NCBI GenBank assembly: GCA_964539785.1
Contig: CAZIJQ010000002.1
Coordinates: 21,926 to 85,925 of the forward strand
Source: an uncultured bacterium
GTDB lineage: Bacteria; Fidelibacterota; Marinisomatia; Marinisomatales; TCS56
Direction: 5' to 3'
Length of the DNA stretch: 64,000 nucleotides
The notes below the pieces were generated by a model. The model had not been told where the DNA came from. It ran no database searches and saw only the letters and a program-made list of their open reading frames with translations. Positions 10,801 to 19,262 of the stretch are shown piece by piece (the stretch's first letter is position 1; each line of letters begins with the position of its first letter). The translations under genes and the position numbers were made by a program.

Positions 10801-10908
10801 TGGGATGGGACAGGCGATAACGGAAATCAGGTATCATCAGGTGTATATATTTGCCGCTTATCTGATGGACAATCCACTCAGCAGATCAGGATGCTATTTC
10901 TAAAATAA
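7810..10908 (+). CDS. Secreted glycoside-hydrolase-like-10 (GHL10/DUF187-type) protein with Ig-like domains and T9SS C-terminal sorting domain
   Basis: 1032 aa with a signal peptide. The N-terminal region (FRSTWVITWEHI, NMNAVLWQVRQSGTAYY, HAWFNVF, DGIHLDYIRW) is typical of the GHL10 TIM-barrel family. Ig-like (SbsA-type) repeats occupy the middle. The tail NFPNPFNPVTNIHYE...SGVYICRL...RMLFLK is a Por-secretion tail. Confidence 0.7.
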   Translation: MRIAKILLLLGLFNISGWGQTGNTEFRSTWVITWEHIHSSWTAEQNKTHVREILDNHKAANMNAVLWQVRQSGTAYYDSDYEPWGYYAGYSDPGYDPLQYVIEEAHKRGIEVHAWFNVFSAASTAAGTPAAEHPDWVCRDQSGIPMSESRALSPGLSAVRDYTLDVAMEIVNNYDIDGIHLDYIRWNEYSNTSRSNLTQVEQESQLDGMISEQQIEALDNSRTGRYLYDVDHPYSGGIPTGYDSWEEWWRTSVTTFVEMLHDSIQVVKPHVRLSVAALGKYNWSGWQGYGSVYQDAAKWFNDGSIDQLTPMHYHWTSATGFLGMLVNDCPSCWSDYIQPGIQEQRIFSVGPGSYRFDDDNAWNNHPSVINACRSVQWMNGFQFFSYGSWDLHDYWNTAGETFFAKRTKLPENIPANSSEPNPPTLALTQNDSLTYTIEVIPSVTMENNWLIVYRSEDDTLEPVSDAIIDISFGDSTHQFVDQFTGTQDYNNEYVYFATQANRFWNESQPSNMEAGDSIPSFAPVVLSTFPAEDDTVQVNISIAIDFSKTMNVDDASASFSITPNMDFSLVWSSNHKHVDMNLFYNLDYGTDYTVTIAPTLSDINGKAIDGNGDGSAGDDFILNFVTEDVDIHGPTVYQSNLLLDGSTNDLEIGDVVNIVFDEIISMSSLNLSSFQILTNGQPIDLNYRFTELNEKSILTLIPEAGTFQPDTEYMLSFDGSIEDVIGNAMNPLDVPFSTEALQYEEILMIDEFSSISGNWADPGYSGSTIGHLAGTSFSISSVYYLPGSSPQKSARLNYVWDTGASEHLIREYLSGGPPREVEFDTSYTLQCYIYGDGSHNFFRFALDDNLPATAGSYHEVSEWIEIDWIGWKLISWNLGSDPVGSWLGNGILEGTLRTDSFQITYDPVNGTPSGAIYFDNYRLIRKTSELRTDPDLVRIPGSFRLKQNFPNPFNPVTNIHYETMVGGDMALVIYDILGRKVKTLDHGFLHAGAHTAKWDGTGDNGNQVSSGVYICRLSDGQSTQQIRMLFLK

Positions 10909-10946
10909 TAAGGTTAGAACAAGATCGTCCTTACGCCAACCGCATA

Positions 10947-13460
10947 TTATTTTAGAAATAGCATTCGTTTGGATATCGCACTTGCACTGGTCTTGAGGGT
11001 GTAAATATATACACCGCTAGAAACAGGTTGATCCAAGTGGTTAACTCCATTCCAGCGGACTTGGTGCCTACCAGCCTTTTCATGTTGGTTAACCAGGGTG
11101 ATTACCTGCTCGCCAATCAGGTTATAAACTGTAATGGAAACCTTTTCAAACTTAGGTAAACTATATTCAATAGTGGTCTCAGGATTAAAGGGATTGGGGT
11201 AGTTTTGTGATAGCTGATATGTACCTGGGAGATTTGTTAATGAGGTTTCTGTGTGCATTACCACATTCTGAACGATCCTTAAATCATCAAAAACAAAACT
11301 CCCGATTGTCGGATTACCAGGCGAATATGATAATTGTATACTATCGAAACGCAGGGTACCATCCAGGTTGCCATCACCTAACCAGGTTCCGGTCCCATCA
11401 TTCTGCATATCCCAGGTTACCAATCTCCACCCTTTCCAATCAATAGTATACCAGGGGCTAACCTCATGATAACTTCCAGCTGTACTGGGTATATGATCAT
11501 CTACCGCAAAACGAAATAGATTACCACTACCGTCGCCAAAAATGTAAACTTGAAGTGAGTAATTATCATTGAAATGGACATCCCTGGGTGGACCAGATCC
11601 CAGATATTCCCGGATTAGCCATTCTGTAGCTGAAGAATTCCAACCATATTGAATTTCCATTGCCTGAGTACTATTTGTGAGGTGGTTTAAATAGGAAGTG
11701 TTAGTTACCAAAGAAGTGTTTTCTGCGATTGTACCCGTGGTACTGCCACTCTGAGCGGGATCCCACCAGTAGGACAAAACTCCAGCTTCGAAATTATGAA
11801 TAGCAGTTATATCCCAACCCGTATTACCGGTTTGAAAACTTAGATTGGACTGGCTGGAAATCACATTTCCAAAAGCATCCTCCAAGCCCGGTTCTATCCT
11901 GGTAATATACACTTCCGAAGGATACAGCATTTCGTCCGGGAAAAAAGAAAACACACTTTGTTCTCCTACCAGATAATGTTCAAATAATCCCGTAACATCG
12001 GTGGAAGTGCTAAACCGTTCCAGATGAAAAGCAGCCGGAAACAGATCAAGATTGACAATCTCTTCATCGAAAGCAAACGTCACGATGGGGTATAGTTCAA
12101 TATTGTTAGATGTCATCGGAGGATACATTTCCGATAGCACTGGTGCAAAAATATCACTGGGACTTGATCGGAAATTTAATGTGAAAATTCCACCAGGTTG
12201 ACCGTCTCCGTCACCATCGAATGGATGCCCATATATATCAGTTGCGGTTTCCAGAATTGTGATTGAATAATCCGTTACAAATTCCATGCTATCAGGAAGG
12301 AAGCTCAACCGTTTATTTCCATCGGACCAACTGACTTCACCGGTCGTTAGCGGTTGAATGACAAAGGCAGTCTCCACTGAATCTGTATTCATCTCCCTAT
12401 TGAAATTAATAGATATGGGCTCCCAGGCAGGATAAGATAAATCACCTTCTTCCGGAACCGTATTGGTCACAAATGGTGAGGCACTGGAAAGGAGTTGAAT
12501 ATCCCGGAAAGTAATGAATGTATCCAGTGGGGTTACCGTCAATGTATCCGGATAATAGTCCGGTGCGGTGATAATTACCTCCAGAGCTGTATTAGATAAA
12601 TCCTCAAAATAGTAAAAGCCATTATGCAGTTGATCCGGGTCATTGGAATACTGATTAAACAGCGAGGCATAGGTGTCAGTCGTATAAGTTAAGCCATTAA
12701 TCGACGCCTGTGCTCCATTGATCGGTATTTCCGATTCCAAATCGGTGATAATCCCAGCCAGTATTCCAACGGTAGGCCGAGGAATATTGTGGAATTTCAG
12801 AATCGACCAAAAAAAGATCCAGGCTTCCATTCGTTTCCACTCGGCATTCATATTCAATTGATTTTGTCGGGGATTGGTATGAAAACCGGCTTCGCTAAGT
12901 TCGGAAGGCATATTTGTCAATCGATTTACAGCCAGATAGGGACCGGTACCTGAACAACCATAAAAACTACAGTCCCCGATAGAGCCATATACAGTGTAGG
13001 TCCGCATACCCCGGGTCAGCAAATTAATCATTATATCCGACATGGCTTCACCTCCGACTGGTGGATCCGGATTACCGTTTGCCAGCTGCCCCCACAACAG
13101 TAAAGTGCTATTGGCCGTTGAACCACCGGCATCACTATGGAGGGAATGAAACCAGGAAGCACCCCAGTTATTGGCCATATTACAGCGTTCTGTTAGACCA
13201 ACATATACCTGATCATTGCGGCGGGTCATTCCAACAGCATCAATGTCAGTCATTGTAAGCAGTAAATCCTCTATATTCAATGCCACGCGCAAATTTTTCC
13301 ATGCTTCCGCGTAATTATAAATTCCCATATTTTCGTTCTGGCTGTGGCCGGCATCGATCCAGATATCCCAACCCGATAAACCGGTGACCTGAGAGAATGA
13401 GAAAGATATCAGGATCAATAAAGCGAATAATAATTTATGTAATTTAACCCTATTCATCAT
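10947..13460 (-). CDS. Secreted N-acetylmuramoyl-L-alanine-amidase-like protein with Ig-like domains and T9SS C-terminal sorting domain
   Basis: 837 aa with a signal peptide. IDAGHSQ...E...HSLHSDAG resembles the Amidase_3 Zn ligand pattern. An Ig-like repeat is present. The tail NYPNPFNPETTIEY...SGVYIYTL...RMLFLK is a T9SS tail. Confidence 0.6.
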   Translation of the reverse strand: MMNRVKLHKLLFALLILISFSFSQVTGLSGWDIWIDAGHSQNENMGIYNYAEAWKNLRVALNIEDLLLTMTDIDAVGMTRRNDQVYVGLTERCNMANNWGASWFHSLHSDAGGSTANSTLLLWGQLANGNPDPPVGGEAMSDIMINLLTRGMRTYTVYGSIGDCSFYGCSGTGPYLAVNRLTNMPSELSEAGFHTNPRQNQLNMNAEWKRMEAWIFFWSILKFHNIPRPTVGILAGIITDLESEIPINGAQASINGLTYTTDTYASLFNQYSNDPDQLHNGFYYFEDLSNTALEVIITAPDYYPDTLTVTPLDTFITFRDIQLLSSASPFVTNTVPEEGDLSYPAWEPISINFNREMNTDSVETAFVIQPLTTGEVSWSDGNKRLSFLPDSMEFVTDYSITILETATDIYGHPFDGDGDGQPGGIFTLNFRSSPSDIFAPVLSEMYPPMTSNNIELYPIVTFAFDEEIVNLDLFPAAFHLERFSTSTDVTGLFEHYLVGEQSVFSFFPDEMLYPSEVYITRIEPGLEDAFGNVISSQSNLSFQTGNTGWDITAIHNFEAGVLSYWWDPAQSGSTTGTIAENTSLVTNTSYLNHLTNSTQAMEIQYGWNSSATEWLIREYLGSGPPRDVHFNDNYSLQVYIFGDGSGNLFRFAVDDHIPSTAGSYHEVSPWYTIDWKGWRLVTWDMQNDGTGTWLGDGNLDGTLRFDSIQLSYSPGNPTIGSFVFDDLRIVQNVVMHTETSLTNLPGTYQLSQNYPNPFNPETTIEYSLPKFEKVSITVYNLIGEQVITLVNQHEKAGRHQVRWNGVNHLDQPVSSGVYIYTLKTSASAISKRMLFLK

Positions 13461-14392
13461 CGCACCTCCTGTAGCCAGATTCGTCCATCATCGTAGGTAT
13501 CATATGCGATCCATTTCCCATCCGGTGACCAATCCGGGTGCATCTCCAGAATATCGGTGGTAGCGGTAAGATTTATCCGTCCTGTCCCATCCGCGTTGAC
13601 TACGTATATATCTGAACTGGTAAAAGTGTGCCCATCATCACTGTTAACCATAAAAGTTATTTTATCGCTGGTTGGATTCCAGGATGGTTCATGCCCGCTT
13701 CCCAGATTGACAGGGTTATTTCCATCTATATCAGAAATCCACAAATCACCGCCGTAGATCGCATAGGCCAACTTGGAACCGTCTGGTGCTACGGTTAGGT
13801 TGACAATATCGCCCTCTTGCGCAGCGATTCTGGTTTCCCGCTCCGACAGAACATGCCGGGAAAATAATTTGTTGCGCCGCACATAAACTACCGTCTCATC
13901 CAAAGTCGGACTGACAGTAGCGCGGGCAGGAATATTATATGTGCGGTATTGGTTGGATCCAGTCAGGTAGACCGCTCGATCCCCTGTAGCCCAGCGCGGC
14001 GTCCCCGGTAGTCTGGTTTGATAGTCCGATAGTAGCGTTTCGGAACCATCACCAACTGCATAGACGGCCACGGTATTATAGCGCCGTTTATTTTCAAATT
14101 TCGATATCCGGGAGGCAATATAATCACCGGCATGTGACCAGCTCATTCCAAAGCCCGCCGATGAATTAGTGGAAATCGATTTTATTTCTTTTCCATTAAA
14201 AGTATACAGGTATATCCCACTGTAATTGCTGCCGGTAAAGGCTAACATCGAACCATCAGGTGACCAGAGTGGATCCATATAATAGGTTTCTGATTCGATC
14301 AGCAACAACGGGGGACCAATTTTTTCCACCGCAACAGGGTCTTCTGCCAGAATCAAACCGAAGAGGGGGAGGAGCAGTAAAATCCGTTTCAT
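13457..14392 (-). CDS. TolB-like PD40 (WD40-like) beta-propeller protein, secreted
   Basis: 311 aa with a signal peptide. PD40 motifs recur: LWSPDGSMLAF, VAPDGSKLAY, DWSPDGKWIAY. Its stop overlaps the downstream start (ATGA at 13457-13460). Confidence 0.65.
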   Translation of the reverse strand: MKRILLLLPLFGLILAEDPVAVEKIGPPLLLIESETYYMDPLWSPDGSMLAFTGSNYSGIYLYTFNGKEIKSISTNSSAGFGMSWSHAGDYIASRISKFENKRRYNTVAVYAVGDGSETLLSDYQTRLPGTPRWATGDRAVYLTGSNQYRTYNIPARATVSPTLDETVVYVRRNKLFSRHVLSERETRIAAQEGDIVNLTVAPDGSKLAYAIYGGDLWISDIDGNNPVNLGSGHEPSWNPTSDKITFMVNSDDGHTFTSSDIYVVNADGTGRINLTATTDILEMHPDWSPDGKWIAYDTYDDGRIWLQEVR

Positions 14393-14557
14393 ATCAACAC
14401 CAATTAATTTTTGTTATTTGCTCTACAACTAATCTGAAATTACAGCTAAATCGATAAGGTATTCCGCTCTTAAAAAATAAAAAGATTCCAATTTCATCCG
14501 TATATGTTAATAACCTGATTGATAATGAAAAAGTTCCCGCAGCCTCGTGAGAACTTT

Positions 14558-14590
14558 TTAAAAAAGAGCCCCAAAGGAAGGGGCTCTTTT
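14558..14590 (-). terminator. Rho-independent terminator after the duplicated propeller gene
   Basis: Stem AGAGCCCC/GGGGCTCT (14565-14572 / 14580-14587). On the minus strand it is followed by a T-run (complement of the A-run around 14560-14564). It lies 20 nt downstream of the stop at 14611. Confidence 0.65.
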
Positions 14591-14610
14591 ACATTATACA
14601 GTTTCTGCTA

Positions 14611-16968
14611 TTACTTTACCACAGTCATCCGTTTTGATTCCATCATATGGCCTGATCTGAGTGCATAAATATACACTCCCGATGCGAAATCACGAGCATT
14701 GAAACTCACATCGTGTTGACCAATCGGCATTTCTCCATTAACCAGTACTGCAACTTCACGACCCAACATATCATACACAGTCAAACTAACATGACCGCCA
14801 TAATACAATTCGAAAGTGATGTTGGTCGTTGGGTTAAATGGATTCGGATAGTTCTGGTGCAACCTGAATTGCTTCGGTAGCATGACAACTTCATTGTCAA
14901 TCGACGCGCCAACAGCTGTGAATTTCAGGACTCTTCCAGCGTCAAAGTCACACGCATAGGCTGTTTGCCCATCGGCCGAAAAGGTTACTCCACGGGGAGC
15001 CCAAATCGTATCACCAACTGCTGTGGTTGGAATCGGACCACCTACTGTACCACCTGTTCCAATCGATCCTACAACCTGATGATTCGCTCCCGGATCAATC
15101 TCGTAATAACCCGTGAAATCACCTGCCGCTACATCCCAGTAGGTGCCAACCCAGATTGTACTATCCGGACCCCAGCTCAGGATCTGACCCCACATGACCT
15201 CATTGTACAGAATATCCACAACCTCATAGGTACCCTCCGGTCCATCAGCACTGTGATAGTGGAAGACACCATTGTTGTGCGTTCCGCCATAGATCCTGCC
15301 ATGATAAAGGTCTTTTCCGTCTGCGGTCACAACCAGTGTTCGGCTAATGGCCGTGTTGTCACCATCGAAAAGGGTGTTCACCAGTCCATCACCCCAATCC
15401 ACGGCAGCTCCGGTGTAGTCATCCGGCAGGTCCAGGGAAATGTCAAATACCCAGATCGGGTTTCCAGCCGGAACAACCATCGTCACAAACATATAGCCTT
15501 CTTCCGTCGTGGCTGCTTCTGTAACAGAACCGGGGAAATCGTACAAGGCGCCAATCGCCTCACCAGTCTGATAATTGATCTGCCAAACGTCATTGTAAGC
15601 AGAGTACAGGATGTTCCCGTTATGATCTAAACCAATACCGCGGCAGCCATTCCACATCGTATCAATCCGGCCATCCGCAAAATCTAAAAACTGTATCGGT
15701 GAAAAGGATGCCTGACTGCCATCTGCTTCGTATACGTAGATCGGCTTAATGGCGATCGTATCATCCGGCAAACCTAACGTGTCAGTGTAGGCGTAATAGC
15801 CAACCCATACCCGACCATTCGCATCTACTATCGCACCATGGGGCTGCGATAAATTCGTAAAATCACTGTCATACTCCCATGCAGTAATGGTTGGTGGTGT
15901 CTGTACCGGTGCCGCTGGCGCCGGATTACCATCTTCGGTGAACTTCAGGACTCTCCCACCGTCAAAATCACAGGCATAGGCAGTTAAACCATCGGCTGAA
16001 AAGGTTACTCCACGGGGAGCCCAAACTGTATCTCCAACAGCAGTGGTTGGAAGTGGGCCTCCTACCGTACCACCAGTTCCAATTGATCCTACAACTTGGT
16101 AGTTCGCTCCTGGATCCAATTCATACCAACCGGTAAAATCACCTGCTGATACATCCCAGTAAGTTCCAACCCAGATTGTACTATCCGGACCCCAGTCCAG
16201 AATCTGACCCCACATGACCTCATTGTACAGAATGTCAGCAACTTCATAGGTACCTTCCGGACCATCAGCACTGTAATAGTGGAAGACACCGTTGTTATGC
16301 GTTCCGCCATAGATCCTGCCGTGGTACAGATCCTTTCCATCAGCGCTCACTAGCAGTGTACGGCTAATGGCAGTATTGTCACCGTCAAAAAGGGTGTTAA
16401 CCAGTCCATCTCCCCAGTCAGCGGCTGCACCGGTATAGTCGTCCGGCAGGTTCAGTGAAATATCAAATACCCAGATCGGGTTTCCACTTGGAACAACCAT
16501 TGTCACAAACATATAACCATCTTCCGTCGTGGCCGCTTCAGTTACTGAGCCCGGAAAATCGTACAGGGCGCCAATCGGCTCACCAGTCTGATAGTTGATC
16601 TGCCAGACATCATTGTAGGCTGAGTACAGCACGTTTCCGTTATGATCTAAACCAATGCCACGGCAACCATTCCACATCGTATCAATTCGGCCATCGGAAA
16701 ACTCCAACATTTGAATTGGCGAAAAAGATGCCTGACTGCCATCTGGTTCGTAGACGTAGATCGGCTTGATCGGTATCGTATCTGCTGGCAAACCTAATGT
16801 GTCGGTGTAAGCGTAATAGCCAACCCATACCCGACCATTTGCATCTACTGTTGCGCCATGAGGTTGTGACAAATTTGCAAAATCACTGTCATATACCCAT
16901 TCTGCTAGCAACAGATTTGTAGTAAAAAGAGTTACTAAAGAGAGTATTAACGTTTTTTTCATTTCCAC
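14611..16968 (-). CDS. Secreted protein with two near-identical ~320-aa beta-propeller-like modules and T9SS C-terminal sorting domain
   Basis: 785 aa with a signal peptide. Two tandem modules start WVYDSDFANLSQPHG and WEYDSDFTNLSQPHG, joined by a Pro/Ala/Thr linker. The tail is NYPNPFNPTTNITFE...SGVYIYAL...KRMTVVK. Confidence 0.7.
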   Translation of the reverse strand: MEMKKTLILSLVTLFTTNLLLAEWVYDSDFANLSQPHGATVDANGRVWVGYYAYTDTLGLPADTIPIKPIYVYEPDGSQASFSPIQMLEFSDGRIDTMWNGCRGIGLDHNGNVLYSAYNDVWQINYQTGEPIGALYDFPGSVTEAATTEDGYMFVTMVVPSGNPIWVFDISLNLPDDYTGAAADWGDGLVNTLFDGDNTAISRTLLVSADGKDLYHGRIYGGTHNNGVFHYYSADGPEGTYEVADILYNEVMWGQILDWGPDSTIWVGTYWDVSAGDFTGWYELDPGANYQVVGSIGTGGTVGGPLPTTAVGDTVWAPRGVTFSADGLTAYACDFDGGRVLKFTEDGNPAPAAPVQTPPTITAWEYDSDFTNLSQPHGAIVDANGRVWVGYYAYTDTLGLPDDTIAIKPIYVYEADGSQASFSPIQFLDFADGRIDTMWNGCRGIGLDHNGNILYSAYNDVWQINYQTGEAIGALYDFPGSVTEAATTEEGYMFVTMVVPAGNPIWVFDISLDLPDDYTGAAVDWGDGLVNTLFDGDNTAISRTLVVTADGKDLYHGRIYGGTHNNGVFHYHSADGPEGTYEVVDILYNEVMWGQILSWGPDSTIWVGTYWDVAAGDFTGYYEIDPGANHQVVGSIGTGGTVGGPIPTTAVGDTIWAPRGVTFSADGQTAYACDFDAGRVLKFTAVGASIDNEVVMLPKQFRLHQNYPNPFNPTTNITFELYYGGHVSLTVYDMLGREVAVLVNGEMPIGQHDVSFNARDFASGVYIYALRSGHMMESKRMTVVK
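14921..16900. repeat. Intragenic tandem duplication, period 1020 bp (2 units)
   Basis: AATCACTGTCATA occurs at 15861 and 16881, and AA(T/C)TTCAGGACTCT at 14921 and 15941. This gives the same 1020-bp offset at both ends of the unit. Confidence 0.9.
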
Positions 16969-17066
16969 TCCATCTTTTATTGACTAATTGAAATAGTTAT
17001 TATCCTCTATAAGATAGAAATAACGAAAATACGGTACAAGGAATAAATCGATATAGTAAAAAATTT

Positions 17067-19247
17067 TCATCGAATTATTATGAACTTCCGAAAGGCAGAG
17101 TCACCTTTTTTAAATACTATATTATTGGTATCAGGGTCAATTATATCTTGAGTTACTTCGAAATGAGCAATATAAATCCCACTCACTACAAGTTGCCGGG
17201 AACTGGTAATTGAATTCCACCCTTCGTCACCGCTACCATCAACATGATGGATTGTGTTAATCAGGTCGCCTCTTTCAGTATAGATCCTGATGTCACAGAA
17301 TTTTGGAATATCATAAAACATGATTTTGTCCGGATCACCGGTGAATTGCAGGTCCCTGGCTGAAATATGAAATGGATTAGGCACAATTCGGATCTGATCG
17401 AATGACTTGCCCGCCTGACGCTTTAAAAAGGCCGGCTGATTGGTCCTCGCATAAAATCGGTTGCTGTGTAAAGGTCCTGTTGGGTTGGTTGCTCCTGTCA
17501 TGTTGTTAGAACCATCATTATATGCGACAATGTAATAATAATAAGAGAAACCACGGATTGCCGACTTATCTTCATATTGATGAATACTCGATTCGCCATC
17601 ATATATCAATTGATAAGTAGTATCCGGTTTGCCCACTGCTCGATATATTTTATATCCCGCGAAATCTGGTTCTGTCTCAGATTGACTTTGAGCCCAGGTT
17701 AATGTAATTCGATCACCCCCGGAAGCAACATCGAGCCATTGTGGCGGAGACGGTGGCTGAGGGATATTGTAGCCAGATCTGTAATTTCGCAAAGCCCGGC
17801 CAAAAGTTTGCAGGATGGAATCGACACCAGTGTATACCCAGCTGTTTTTAAATATGTCTTTATCTTCGGTTGTGGCGCCACCCGGTAAATTGAATGGACC
17901 ATTATCAGTCTGATCATCGTATGCCATTTTCCATCTGATGCCGATTTCCTCGCACTTTTCGCGACTTAAACCGCTTACGGCTTCTGCTTCTACTATTTGA
18001 ATACTCTCACCGTGAGCCAGGTCAAACGGTCCGTAACAAATCCAGGTGTTAGTTCCACCCTCATCGCTATGCAATGTCCATGGTGAAACCTGGTGAATTA
18101 TTGAACTGGTGTTTTCCTCGTAAAAGCGGTTGGTGCCGCCTTTAGCGGATCCACCATAGGGATTTCCACTGACCATATTATATATGGCACTCCTTACAAC
18201 CGGATCTTTGATGTTGTTGGGAGGTATATTTGGATAAGTATCACCAGCGTGCCAACCAATTGCCGCTGGTTGATCTGGGTCATCAGTGCTATCAGTCGCA
18301 CTCCTATCAACGTGTAAAACAGCCGTTCCGGCATGTTGTGGAGCAGCGAGACGCCCACTGCCATCAAGATCAGGTGCTCCAATATTATCATAAGTAGTAA
18401 CCCGATCGGATTGCCCTGTCCAGGCAAATGCACAGCGAATCCAGTCAACGATTGGATCATCTTCGGTTATCGATTCGGTAGCATGGGCAGGATAATCCTC
18501 ACCCCGGCGCGTTACCCAGGTATATTTTCCCCACGATTGCTGATTATCAAATTTGGGTGCGCCATCCCGGCTAACGCTGTAACGAACGCCCCAACTGACT
18601 CTTACTCCTTTTAATGAATCAGTTAATTCAATATCATCGTCATAATTCACATTACCGGTATTTGTAAAAGTGTACTCTTTAATAAAATAATTATCATGAT
18701 ACTGCTGGCTGAAGGCATAAACTCTTCGTGACATAGTAAGGCCCATTGCAGTATTCACAACGTTGGATATGATCCGGTCAGGGATTTGATTAACGTCGAT
18801 TGAGTCGACATCTTTTTTATAGTCTGTAGAATTATCAGCACCGTCTACATAGATGGTGGGAACAGGAAATTTGGCAATTGATACATGTTCAACAGGGAAT
18901 AATAAATCACTGACATAACCCGACGAAATATAGATTGCATATTTTCCCCAATGATCATCATCAGCGTCGGTAAAATCTTCTGAGGCAATCCAGGCCCGTT
19001 CAATAACAGCATTGTCTTGTTCCGGATAATCGGCTGGCCAATCCATGCCGGCATAATAGGAATCATTCCAGGCCCGCTCGGCGCCATAAGCGGTAAAATG
19101 ACTGTGCAGGGAACCAACCCGAATTTGCTTCTCGATAGTCCCGGATACTTGCGCACTGAGGGTTGAAATTATTAGTAGCAGAAAAAATACCAGTTTCCTA
19201 TAAACCAAAATATAGACACCCGTTTTTGATTTGAATTCCAGTTTCAT
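17067..19247 (-). CDS. Secreted ~700-aa partner protein B (unknown N-terminal domain, FN3, variant T9SS-like tail); paralog of 25338-27404
   Basis: 726 aa with a signal-anchor-like N-terminus. It has an FN3-like segment (GDRITLTWAQSQ...FAGYKIYRA...YYYYIVAYND) and a C-terminal RIVPNPF...IRIYTERGDL...SGIYIAHFEV...RKFIIIR. It sits 15 nt downstream of a TonB-dependent receptor gene. Confidence 0.6.
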   Translation of the reverse strand: MKLEFKSKTGVYILVYRKLVFFLLLIISTLSAQVSGTIEKQIRVGSLHSHFTAYGAERAWNDSYYAGMDWPADYPEQDNAVIERAWIASEDFTDADDDHWGKYAIYISSGYVSDLLFPVEHVSIAKFPVPTIYVDGADNSTDYKKDVDSIDVNQIPDRIISNVVNTAMGLTMSRRVYAFSQQYHDNYFIKEYTFTNTGNVNYDDDIELTDSLKGVRVSWGVRYSVSRDGAPKFDNQQSWGKYTWVTRRGEDYPAHATESITEDDPIVDWIRCAFAWTGQSDRVTTYDNIGAPDLDGSGRLAAPQHAGTAVLHVDRSATDSTDDPDQPAAIGWHAGDTYPNIPPNNIKDPVVRSAIYNMVSGNPYGGSAKGGTNRFYEENTSSIIHQVSPWTLHSDEGGTNTWICYGPFDLAHGESIQIVEAEAVSGLSREKCEEIGIRWKMAYDDQTDNGPFNLPGGATTEDKDIFKNSWVYTGVDSILQTFGRALRNYRSGYNIPQPPSPPQWLDVASGGDRITLTWAQSQSETEPDFAGYKIYRAVGKPDTTYQLIYDGESSIHQYEDKSAIRGFSYYYYIVAYNDGSNNMTGATNPTGPLHSNRFYARTNQPAFLKRQAGKSFDQIRIVPNPFHISARDLQFTGDPDKIMFYDIPKFCDIRIYTERGDLINTIHHVDGSGDEGWNSITSSRQLVVSGIYIAHFEVTQDIIDPDTNNIVFKKGDSAFRKFIIIR

Positions 19248-19262
19248 AATTGGTATTTAATG

